DNA from: the human T2T-CHM13v2.0 reference genome, Homo sapiens
Assembly (NCBI RefSeq): GCF_009914755.1
Contig: NC_060936.1
Length of the DNA: 64,000 nt
Strand: one strand, 5' to 3'
The position numbers and the translations under genes were made by a program. Within the stretch, counting starts at the first letter, position 1. Each line of letters starts with the position of its first letter. A model generated the notes under the pieces. It did not search any database and was not told where the DNA came from. It was given only the letters and a program-made list of their open reading frames with translations. Below are positions 11,305 through 22,571 of the stretch, piece by piece.

Positions 11305-14300
11305 TAGACCACAGCAGTCCCCGATGGGATAAAGACCAATTGCTGCCTCCTTAACAGCCCCTTTCAACTGGGAGGTCAGCCCAGGAAAATACACAATAAG
11401 GTAGGAAAATGAGCGAAGGGAAGAAGATCAGGCGGGAAGCTTAAGTGGTACCTAAATTCTCATCTCAGTTTGAGATCTTTCAAAAGCAGATACTCAGCCA
11501 AAGTCAGCTGAGCTGGTCCCAGGATGAGCAGGGGTGTGTGATACCCAATATAAAGCCTCCATGTCAGGCTTAAGAGTTATTTAGTCCCAGGAATTTGTCG
11601 CTGGACAGAAGCCATCAGCTGCACAGACCTGCTGTTTACTGCACAGCAGCAGGTGTTTTCGGGGCTTTCAAAGGTAGAGGGCCCACCTTGATCCACTTAG
11701 CCTGGGCATTCCAGGATGGAGATGGCAGGACCTGCTCCACACGTGGAAGCCTTCAGGGGAAAGTCTGGTCTCGAAGATTTAGAGGTTGTAATCTCCTGCC
11801 TTGATCCGCTTTCCCAGACCCTCCCGTTCTGCATTCTCTACCTACTCTGAAGTTATTGGGGCCTGGTGTGAATTTAGGGACGATAAAACCATCAAAGGGC
11901 TTGTCCTCAGAACAATCAATTGGGAAGCCTGCAATAAAGAGACATCCTCCTCAGGAAGGTGTGACTTCAAGGCCAACCCATGAGACCTGGAAAGGGCCTC
12001 CTCCGAGGAGTCAGGCAGGGTCCACACCTGGGAAAGATTAAGGTGCCATCTGTCCCAGACATAAGTGGATATACCTCCTTAGCTGCAACACAGATCCATC
12101 TTCCAGGGTATTGGGAGTGAGGTCACCATCCTCCCTGAGACACCAACTCCAGTTGTCAATGGCTCTGGTACTCCCTAGAAATTCAGCTGCCCTTTTGCCA
12201 CCACATACCTACAGGGTCAAAGTCTCCACCCCCGGGACCTAGGAACCCAACATTATCCAAGCAAGCTCCTTCATTCCACCACTCTTTGGCCATCCTAGCA
12301 CACAATGTCATCTTACATTTTTACCATCTGGCCCTTCTTGACAATCTTGACTTGCAGGACCAAGTCTCTGAATGCATCCAGAGGTCTGTCCTGCGGGGCA
12401 GCAGGCGGTGGGAGGGTTGGGATGTTGAATAACAAAGTAGGTGTGCTCCAAATCTCTGCCCTCATGAAGCTTCTTTTTCATGGGAGAGTACTACCTACCT
12501 TCTCATCTTTCTATGACCTGAGGAGAGCTGGGAGGCAAAGCAGGGTGAGAGAGGGAGAGTAATAGGGACTGCTGTATTAGAAAGTAGCATCAGCTCAGTG
12601 TTACCTTCCCAGGAAATTTCATAAGACCTGCATGAGAGAAAGTGAGTCATGTGGTACATAAAGTGTGTTCCAAGGGTAAGTGCTCAAGAAAGGAACATGC
12701 TTAGGTCAAAGGACAGCAGTGGGTCCAGTGTCTGCTATTTTCTTCTTTCCCCTTACCTGTGATGTTTCCTTTGTCTGCACATTCCTTCTTCCTACTATCT
12801 TTCATGTAGCCAAGTCCTACTCACATGACCTTTGGAACTCAGCACAGACACCACCTCCTCCAGGAAGCCCTCCCATGCCCCATCCCTGCATACCATGTTT
12901 CCTTGTGCTACATACCCAGATCCCCTTCAGCTGCTGGCTCACGCTGTCAGCCCCTCATTGAGATGCAGAGAACAGCTGAGTCTAAGATCATGCACATCTA
13001 TGTAGCTCACAGCCAATAACACCCACACAGAGGTATGAAGCCTTGGCCAGACCACCTCTCAAAATGCCTCTGAGGGGCCATCCCAGCTCCCAAGCTCTCC
13101 ATGTGGTTGGCTAAGGCTGCTGTTGGGCCCACACTGCAGCTCACCTCCCTTTTTCCCCTCCTTTCCACAGGGGTTGAGCCCAAGGGCACCCCTAAAACAC
13201 ATCTTTTCAGGGTCTCCCAAAAAGACTCAACCTGTGATTTTCCCCAGTAGCATTTAGAGTATATTAAAATAGTAGCGGCTACAAATGAGAAGGCAGTTAC
13301 AATCTCCTTGAGACAATCTATCCAGAGCATCTGACATGCTAGATACTGAGGACTTGTTGGATCTCATGAGAACCAACGTGATCACACCATTGAATAACAT
13401 TCCTGTTTCACAGATAGATTGTCATCTCAGAGCCCTTTTCCCAAACAGCTCGGCCAAGGTTTCGTAGCAGGTAAGAGTCACAGCTAGGACCTGACACCAA
13501 ACGTATGCCCTTAGGCATTAGTCTATGGCAGCCTCTGACTTCCCAGCTTGTCTATCTCCACTTCACTGTCAATCTCAAGTTGAGTCATTGATCTTGCCTC
13601 CATTTACACAGCCCCAATCACATTGGCATCTCAAAAGGCACCTGAGTGCCTAGAATGGACATTCAGTCCCTTGACAGCTATTGCTGAGTCCTCTTGATGA
13701 CATCTCATTTCTTTTAAACTCCCCCATCTGGGGGCATGATTCCTTTCTGTGCTTCCTAGTGTAGAGACTACAGACCATCACCTACTGTTCCAACTGAAAG
13801 GCCTGCCCTTTAATTAGCCAGCACACACTTTTTTAACAGGAGACCACAAGATCTTAGAGCTGGGGGAGGGCGGGCTGACTTGTTCACAACCACACAGCAT
13901 TGGAATGGGCTGATTTATATCTCGAAGATAGTAAGGTGTGTGTGCTTACAGGCACCTCATGATGCGAGAAAAGGGGGAACTACTCTAGGTTCTGAGTCAG
14001 CAAAAGGTCCTCATGCTTTGCTCGCAAGCGCTGTAGCTGAAAAAGTTTGGGACCCAGGACAGAGGTAAGCTGTATGTCATCAGCAGACCCCTGCCACTTC
14101 GTAGTGGGAAGAGTAATGGATTAGGGATCAGGATTCGAATCCAGAGGAATTTCAGGATACAGACTTGTGCCAGCTTCTCCCCATTTTCCAGCTGGGAAAA
14201 CTAAGCCCCAGAAGCCAAGCAACCCCTTCCATCTCCTAGCCTTCATTAGGGATAAGTGCCTCTGATTTACAGCTTTTATGAACTTTACATCCTTTTCTCA

Positions 14301-14519
14301 GCAACCCTGCATCTGTAACTCTTTGGGGCTGAGCAACTGTGAAAGGTGATGCCTCCCTTACAGCAAGGTGGGATCTGCAGGTAGGGAGGATCTTTCGTCT
14401 CTCATTGATTCTATGTGTCTCCAGCAAGGATTCCTAAGTATTTTTTGTGCTGAGCATAGAGTTGACTGACCTGTGTTTTGGGGAGGGTCATCCTGAAGAC
14501 AGTCATCACGTTAGCAGCG

Positions 14520-14559
14520 TGGAAAAAGGCTTAGGGTCAGATCTGTGTTTGAAGATCAG
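14520..14559 (+). mobile_element. MIR 5' part; the element continues at 22206-22300 after the HERV-H insertion
   Basis: Joining the flanks gives 'gtcagatctgtgtttgaagatcag|ctcttactagttttgtgatcttgagaacatgactttacctctct', which matches the MIR core. Confidence 0.6.
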
Positions 14560-14989
14560 TGTCAGGCTTCTGAGCCCAAGCTAAGCCATTATATCCACTG
14601 TGACCTGCACATATACATCCAGATGGCCTGAAGCAACTGAAGATCCACAAAAGAAGTGAAAATACCTTAACGGATGACATTCCACCATTGTGATTTGCTT
14701 CTGCCCCACCCTAACTGATGAATGTACTTTGTAATCTCCCCAACCCTTAAGAATGTTTTTTGTAATTCTCCCCACCCTTGAGAGTGTACTTTGTGAGATC
14801 CACCCCCTGCCTGCAAAACATTGCTCCTAACTCCGCCGCCTATCCCAAAACCTATAAGAACTAATGATAATTCCACCACCCTTTGCTGACTTTCTTTTTG
14901 GACTCAGCCCACCTTCACCCAGGTGATTAAAAACTTTATTGCTCACACAAAGCCTGTTTGGTGGTCTCTTCACTCAGATGCACGTGACA
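14560..14989 (+). promoter_or_regulatory. HERV-H 5' LTR (LTR7B-like, type II U3 repeats)
   Basis: tgtcagg...cgtgaca; three 'tttgtaatctcccc.accctt'-like repeats; TATAA at 14853-14857. Confidence 0.92.
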
Positions 14990-14991
14990 TT

Positions 14992-15010
14992 TTGTGCCTA
15001 AGACCCGGGT
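14992..15010 (+). other. Primer-binding site, degenerate, closer to tRNA-Phe than tRNA-His
   Basis: TTGTGCCTAAGACCCGGGT versus Phe TGGTGCCGAA-ACCCGGGA (3 mismatches plus 1 gap) and His TGGTGCCG-TGACTCGGAT (5 mismatches plus 1 gap). Confidence 0.65.
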
Positions 15011-15129
15011 CAGAGGGACTCCTTCAGGAGACCAGTCCCCTGTCCTCACTCTCACTCCATGAAGAGATCCACCTACGACCTCAGGTCCTCAGACCAACCA
15101 GCCCAAGGAACATCTCACCAATTTCAAAT

Positions 15130-15138
15130 CGGGTAAGC
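15130..15138 (+). promoter_or_regulatory. HERV-H major splice donor
   Basis: 'cgg|gtaagc' about 140 nt after the 5' LTR, the usual position of the HERV-H leader donor. Confidence 0.7.
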
Positions 15139-15526
15139 AGTCTTTTCACTCTCTTCTCTAGCCTCTCTCGCTACCCTTCAATCTCCCTGTCCTTCCAATT
15201 CCAGTTCTTTTTCCTCTCTAGTAGAGACAAAGGAGACATCTTTTATCCATGGACCCAAAACTCTGGCACCGGTCACGGACTCGGGAAGATAGTCTTCCCT
15301 TGGTGTTTAATCACTGCAGGGACGCCTGCCTGATTATTCACCCACATTCCACTGGTGTCTGATCACCGCAGGGACGGCTGCCTTGGTCATTCACCCACAT
15401 TCCCTTGGTGGCAAGTCAATTGCGGGGATGCCTGCATTGGCTGCTCACCCACATTGCAGCCCAGGGCTGCTCCCCACCCCCCTTCTCTGTGTCTCTACCC
15501 TTCTCTTTAAACTTGCCTCCTTCACT

Positions 15527-17132
15527 ATGGGCAACCTTCCACCCTCCATTCCTCCTCCTCCCTTAGCTTGTGTTCTTAAGAACTTAAAACCTCTTCAACT
15601 CTTGCCTGACCTAAAATCTAAGCATCTTATTTTCTTCTGCAACACCACTTGTCCCCAATACAAACTCGACAATGGTTCTAAATGGCCAGAAAACAGCACT
15701 TTTGATTTCTCCATCCTACGAGACCTAGATAAACTTTTGTCAAAAAATGGGCAAATGGTCCGAGGTGTCTTACGTCCAGGCATTTTTCACATTTCATTCC
15801 CTCCCTAGTCTCTGCTCCCAATGCAACTCATCCTAAATCCTCCTTTCCCTCCCACCTGTCCCTTCAGTCCCAACGCCAAGCGTCACTGACTCTTGTGAAT
15901 CTTCCTTTTCTACTGACCTATGTGACCTCTCACCTTCTCACCAGACTGCTCCTCCTCAGGTCGCTCCTCACCAGGCTGAATCAGGCTCCAACTCTTGTTC
16001 AGCCTCTGCTCCCCCACCCTATAACCCTTCTATTACCTCCCCTCCCCACACCTGGTCTGGTTTACAGTTTCGTTCTGCCACTAGCTCTCCCCCACCTGCC
16101 CAACAATTTCCTCTTAGAGAGGTGGCTGGAGCTGAAAGCATAGTCAGGGTACGTGTGCCTTTTTCTCTATCAGACCTTTCCCAAATCAGCCAGCATTTAG
16201 GCTCTTTCTCATCAGACCCCACTAAATATATACAGGAATTCTGATATCTAACTCTCTCCTACAATTTAACATCTAGTGACTTAAATGTCATCCTAACTTC
16301 TACCCTCTTCCCAGATGAATGGGAAAGAGTTTTTTCTCTAGCCCAATCTCATGCTGATAACCTCCAGCTTCATGAGCCAGACCTCCAGAAAGGCATTAAA
16401 GCAGTTTCCCAAGAGGATCCCCAATGGAGCTATCAGGCAGATTCCCCAGGTATAGCTAGGCGAGATTACATGGTTTCCCGCCTAGTTGAAGGGCTTAAAA
16501 AGGCAGCTTACAAAGCTGTTAATTATGACAAGCTTAAAAAAACTACCCAAGGTAAAGACGAAAACCCAGCCCAGTTCATGGCCCGCTTAGCGGCAACCCT
16601 TACACACTTTACCGCCCTAGACCCAGAGGGGCCAGAAGGCCGCCTTATTCTTAATAGGCATTGCATCACCCAGTCAGCTCCTGACATTAGAAAAAAGCTT
16701 CAAAAATTGGAATCCGGCCCTCAAACCCCACAACAGGAATTAACCTCGCCTTCAAGGTGTACAATAGAGAGGAGGTAGCCAGACAGCAACATATTTTTGA
16801 GTTACAGCTACTTACCTCCACTGTAAGACAACCCACAACCACGTATGTCTCCAGCATACAAGAACTTCAGAACATTCAAGCCACAGTTCCCAGGGGCTCC
16901 TTCAAAACATCCTCATGGACCTTGCTTCAAATGCCAAAAGCCCGGCCACTGGGCCTCAGAATGCCCAGAGCCCGGGATTCCTCCTAAGCCGTGCCCTGTC
17001 TGTGTGGTCCCCCAGTGGAGGTCAGACTGTCTGACTCACATCACCGCTGCTCCTAAAGCCCCTGGAGCCCAAACCCAATGTTCCTTGGCCGACTCCTTCC
17101 CAGATCTCCTCGGCTTAGCAGCTGAAGACTGA
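15527..17132 (+). pseudogene. gag: HERV-H gag, frameshifted and with stops
   Basis: MGNLPP start; PPPY late domain near 16011; MHR-like QGKDENPAQFMARL; zinc knuckle CFKCQKPGHWASEC plus a degenerate second knuckle CPVC..WRSDC; ends LAAED*. Confidence 0.9.
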
Positions 17133-20100
17133 CACTGCCCAATCGCCTCGGAAGCCCCCTAGACCATCCCGGATGCTGAGCTTTGAGTAACTCTTACAGT
17201 GGAAGGTAAGTCCGTCCCCTGTTTAATCAATACGGGGGCTACCCACTCCACATTACCTTCTTTTCAAGGTCTGTTTCCCTTGCCCTCGTAACTGTTGTGG
17301 GTATTGACAGCCAAGTTTCAAAGCCCCTTAAAACTCCCCCACTCTGGTGCCGACTTGGACAACATTCTTTTAGGCACTGTTTTTTTGTTATCCCCACCTG
17401 CCCAGTTCCCTTATTAGGCCAAGACATTTTAACCAAATTATCTGCTTCCCTGATTATTCCTTGACTACAGCCATATATCATTGCCACCCTTCTTCCCAAC
17501 CCAAAGCCTCCTTCACATCTTCCTCTCCTATCCCCTGACCTTAACCCACAAGGATGGGACACCTCCACTCCCTCCCTGGCAACTGATCACATGCCCATTA
17601 CTATCCCATTAAAACCGAATCACTCTTACCCTGCTCAATGCCAGTATCCCATCCCACAACAGGCTTTAAGGGGATTAAAGCCTGTTATCACTCGCCTGCT
17701 ACAGCATGTGCTTCTAAAACCTATAAACTCTCCTTACAATTCTCCCATTTCACCTGTTCAAAAACCAGACAAGTCTTACAGGTTAGTTCAGGATCTGCAC
17801 CTTATCAACCAAATTGTTTTTCCTATCCACCCTGTGGTGCCCAACCCGTACACTCCTTTGTCCTCAATACCTTCCTCCGCAACTCACTATTCTGTTCTTG
17901 ATCTTAAAGATGCTTTTTTCACTATTCTCCCCTACACCCCTCATCCCAGCCTCTCTTTGCTTTTACCTGGACTGACCCTGACACCCATCAGTCCCAGCAG
18001 CTTACCTGGGCTGTACTGCCACAAGGCTTCAGGGACAGCCCTCATTACTTCAGCCAAGCTCTTTCTCATGATTTACTTTCTTTCCACCCCTCCACTTCTC
18101 ACGTTATTCAATATATTGATGACCTTCTTTTTAGCCCCTCCTTTGATTCTTCTCAACAAGACACCCTCCTGCTCCTTCAACATTTATTCTCCAAGGGATA
18201 TCAGGTATCCCCCTTCCAAAGCTCAAATTTCTTCTCCATCTGTTATCTACCTTGGCATAATTCTTCATAAAAACATACATGCTCTCCCTGTCAAATGCAT
18301 CTGACTGATCTCTCAAACCCCAACCCCTTCTGCAAAACAACAACTCCTTTCCTTCCTGGGCATGGTTGGATACTTTCGCCTTTGGATACCTGGTTTTGCC
18401 ATACTAACAAAACCATTATATAAACGCACAAAAGGAAACCTAGCTGACCCCATAGATCCTAAATCCTTTCCCCATTCCTCTTTCCATTCCTTGAGGACAG
18501 CTTTAGAGACTGCTCCCACACTAGCTCTGACTCATCCCAACCCTTTTCATTACACACACGAAGTGCAGGGCTGTGCAGTCGGAATTCCTACACAAGGACT
18601 GGGACCGCGCCCTGTAGCCTTTTTGTCCAAACAACTTGACCTTACGTTTTAGGCTCTCCATCATGTCTCCATGTGGTGGCCGCCACTGCCCTAATACTTT
18701 TAGAGGCCCTCAAAATCACAAACTATGCTCAACTCACTCTCTACAGTTCTCGTAACTTCCAAAATCTATTTTCTTCCCCACACCTGACACACATACTTTC
18801 TGCTCCCCAGCTCCTTAAGCTGTACTCAGTCTTTGTTGAATTTCCCAGTTACCATTGTTCCTGGCCCGGACTTCAATCTGGCCTCCCACATTATTCCTGA
18901 TACCACACCTGACCCCCATGACTGTTATCTCTCTGATACACCTGGCATTCACTCCATTTCCCATATTTCCTTCTTTGCTATTCCTCACCCTGATCACACC
19001 TGGTTTATTGATGGCAGTTCCACCACGCCTAATCGCCACACACCAGCAAAGGCAGGCTATGCTATAGTACCTTCCACATCTATCACTGAGGCTGCTGCTC
19101 TGCCGCCCTCCGCTACCTCTCAGCAAGCCAAACTCATTGCCTTAACTCGAACCCTCACTCTTGCAAAGGAATTATGTGTCAATATTTATACTGACTCTAA
19201 ATATGCCTTCCATATCCTGCACCACCATGCTGTTATATGGGCTGAAAGAGGTTTCCTCACTAAGCAAGGGTGGTCCAACATTAATGCCTCTTTAATAAAA
19301 ACTCTTCTCAAGGCCACTTTACTTCCAAAGGAAGCTGGAGTCATACACTGCAAGGGCCACCAAAAGGCATCAGATCCCATCGCTCAGGGCAACACTTATG
19401 CTGATAAGATAGCTAAAGAAGCAGCTAGCGGTCCAACTTCTGTCCCTCATGGCCAGTTTTTCTCCTCATCTTGTCACTCCCACCTACTCTCCCACTGAAA
19501 CTTCCACCTATCAATCTCTTCCCACACAAGGCAAATGGTTCTTGGACCAAGGAAAATATCTGCTTCCAGCCTCATGGGCCCATTCTATTCTATCGTCATT
19601 TTATAACCTCTTCCATGTAGGTTACAAGCTGCTAGCCCACCTCTTAGAGGCTCTCATTTCCTCTCCATCGTGGAAATATATCCTTAAGGAAATCACTTCT
19701 CAGTGTTCCATCTGCTATTCTACTACTTCTCAGGGATTGTTCAGGCCCCCTCCCCTTCCCTACACATCAAACTTGGGGATTTGCCCCCACCTAGGACTGG
19801 CAAATTGACTTCACTCACATGCCTCGAGTCAGGAAACTAAAATACCTCTTGGTCTGGGTAGACTGGATGGGTAGAGGCCTTTCCCACAGGGTCTGAGAAG
19901 GCCATCGTGGTCATTTATTCCCCTCTGTCAGACATAATTCCTCAGTTTGGCCTTCCCACCTCTATACAATCCTATAATGGACCAGCCTTTAGTCAAATCA
20001 CCCAAGCAGTTTCTCAGGCTCTTGGTATTCAGTGGAACCTTCATACCCCTTACTGTCCTCATCTTCAGGAAAGGTAGAACGGACTAATGGTCTTTTAAAG

Positions 20101-20210
20101 ACACATCTCACCAAGCTCAGCCTCCAACTTAAAAAGGACTGGACAGTACTTTTACTTCTTGCCCGTCTCAAAATTAGAGCCTGTCCTCAAGATGCTACAG
20201 GGTACAGTCC
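17133..20210 (+). pseudogene. pol: HERV-H pro-pol, disrupted
   Basis: Protease LINTGA (catalytic D changed to N) near 17224; RT YRLVQDL, LDLKDAFF, LPQGF and QYIDDL (about 18110); RNase H WFIDGSS and YTDSKYAF; integrase WQIDFTHM (about 19798) and GKVERTN. Confidence 0.93.
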
Positions 20211-20214
20211 CTGT

Positions 20215-21620
20215 ACTTTCTAGACAGATTTGGTGAGAACTCCCCAGATGTTTCACACCAACAAGCTACCACACTTCTCCACATCTACTTATAGCACCTT
20301 TCTCCTTATGTTAATTCCACGCTCCCCATATTTGGACCCCTAACCACACAAACAACTATCCCTGTTGCCACTCCTTTATGCATCTCCCGACAACAGCCTA
20401 CTGGAATCCCTTTAGGCAACCTCCCACTGTCCAAATGTTCCTTTACTATCTCCAGAACCCAGCCACACACATTACCAAACAGGTGGGAGCATTCCAACTT
20501 TGCATTACTGATAAGCCCTCTATCATTACTGACAAACTAAAAAACATTGGCAGTCACTATTGTTTAGGAAGACACCTACCCTGCATCTCACTCCATCCTT
20601 GGCTACCCTCCCCCTGCTCGTCTGAATCTCCTCCTAGCTCCTCCTCTTGCTTTCTTATACCCAGCCCCATGAATAGCAGTGAAAGGTTACTTGTAGACAC
20701 TATGTGGTTTCTCATACACCATGAAAACCAAACCTCTCCCTTTATGAGTTGCACCATCAATTCCCATTACAACCTCTAATGGCTGCTGCCCTTGCTGGAT
20801 CTCTAGGATTTTGGGTGCTGGATTCCTCTTTCAGTACACCCTCTCACCTTTTCACTTTACATTTCCAGTAAATGTACACAAGGTCTCTTCTTTTTATGTG
20901 GCTCTTCCACCTACATGTGCCTACCTGCCAACTGGACAGGCACATGTACTCTAGTCTTCCTTACCCCCAAAATCCAGTTTGTAGATGGGAACGGACAATG
21001 ACCTGTCCCCCTCATGACACCAACATGACAGAAAAAGAGTCATCCCACTAATCCCTTTACTTGTGGGTCTAGGACTTTCTGCCTCCACTACTGCACTCGG
21101 AACTGGAATAGCAGGCATCTCAACCTCTGTCAACATTCCACAGCCTCTCTAATGACTTCTCTGCTAGCATTACAGACATGTCACAAACTATCTGTTCTCC
21201 AAGCCCAGGTTGACTCTTTAGCTGCAGTTGTCCTCCAACCGCTGAGACCTCAATTTACTCACTACTGAAAAAGGAGAACTCTGTATATTTTTAAATGAAG
21301 AGTGTTGTTTTTACCTAAATCAATCTGGCCTGGTATATGACAACATAAAAAAACTCAAGGATAGAGCCCAAAAACTCACCAACCAAGCAAACAATAATGT
21401 TGAACCCCCTTGGACACGCTCTAATTGGACGTCCTGGGTACTCCCAATTCTTAGTCCTTTAATACCTATTTTTCTTCTTTTATTCGGACCTTGTGTCTTT
21501 TGTTTAGTTTCTCAATTCATATAAAACCACATCCAGGCCATCACCAATAATTCTATACGACAAATGCTCCTTCTAACCCTACAATATCACCCCTTACCCC
21601 AAAAATCTTTCTTCAGTTGA
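20215..21620 (+). pseudogene. env: HERV-H env remnant, 5'-deleted and disrupted
   Basis: QKR/VIPLIP cleavage and fusion peptide near 21030-21130; degenerate immunosuppressive domain near 21233; CIFLNEECC (CX6CC) at 21282-21308; hydrophobic TM anchor near 21430-21510. Confidence 0.88.
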
Positions 21621-21757
21621 ATCTTTCCCACTGTAGGTTCTGACGCCACGCCAATCCCGTTCAAAGCTGCCCTGAGAGACATCGCCCATTATCTCCCCAT
21701 AACTCCCCCAAATTTTTCACCACTCCAACACTTCACCACTATTTTGTTTTTCTTATT

Positions 21758-21775
21758 AATATAAGAAGACAGGAA
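21758..21775 (+). other. HERV-H polypurine tract
   Basis: aatataagaagacaggaa directly before the 3' LTR. Confidence 0.85.
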
Positions 21776-22205
21776 TGTCAGGCCTCTGAGCCCAAGCTAA
21801 GCCATCATATCCCCTGTGACCTGCACGTATACATCCAGATGGCCTGAAGCAACTGAAGATCCACAAAAGAAGTGAAAATAGCCTTAACTGATGACATTCC
21901 AACATTGTGATTTGTTTCTGCCCCACCCTAACTGATCAGTGTACTTGTAATCTCCCCCACCCTTAAGAAGTTTCTTTGTAATTCTTCCCACCCTTGAGAA
22001 TGTATTTGTGAGATCCACCCCCTGCCCACAAAACATTGCTTCTAACTCCACCACCTATCCCCAAACCTGTAAGAACTAATGATAATCCCACCACCCTTTG
22101 CTGACTTTCTTTTTGGACTCAGCCCACCTTCACCCATGTGATTAAAAAGCTTTATTGCTCACACAAAGCCTGTTTGGTGGTCTCTTCACGTGGATGCGCA
22201 TGACA
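21776..22205 (+). promoter_or_regulatory. HERV-H 3' LTR (LTR7B-like)
   Basis: About 93% identical to the 5' LTR by hand count (roughly 30 differences in 430); ATTAAA polyA signal at 22141-22146; TATA reads TGTAA here. Confidence 0.93.
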
Positions 22206-22334
22206 ATCAGCTCTTACTAGTTTTGTGATCTTGAGAACATGACTTTACCTCTCTAATCTTTATATGAAAGATGAGTTCTCTTCCCATACCTCGTTGGGAT
22301 TTCAGAGCTGGAATCTTCTTCGTATTATGTGTCT

Positions 22335-22565
22335 ATTGCCTAATCAGTGCCTGAAGTCAACAGTAGTCACTGCTTTTGCCCATGGATCTGCATATGAGCA
22401 GGCTTGGGGGGATGGGACAGACAGCTGGACCTGTCAGCAGGGGCAACCTGAGCATTCCTGGAAGTGGATTCTTTAGCCCTGGTCACATGGTTGGTGAGTC
22501 GATACAGGTTATTTCTTTTCAGATGTCTCTTCAAGGGGAAGCTTGGGCTTCCTCACAGCATGTCA
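22335..22565 (-). mobile_element. Old MLT1-like fragment between the proviruses
   Basis: 'gcttgggcttcctcacagcatg' is a characteristic MLT1 motif; it stops abruptly at the LTR10 sequence. Confidence 0.5.
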
Positions 22566-22571
22566 GTGGTT

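Larger units (their letters stand above)
14560..22205 (+). mobile_element. HERV-H provirus (LTR-gag-pro-pol-env-LTR), defective, 7646 bp
   Basis: Two 430-bp LTRs, exact 5-bp TSD ATCAG (14555-14559 and 22206-22210), PBS, PPT, and retroviral motifs in the expected order. Confidence 0.97.

Noticed and set aside
17591-19498. 237-aa and 221-aa pol ORFs as functional enzymes
   Set aside because: Frameshifted fragments; the YIDD motif is out of frame with the RT N-terminus and the protease catalytic Asp is mutated
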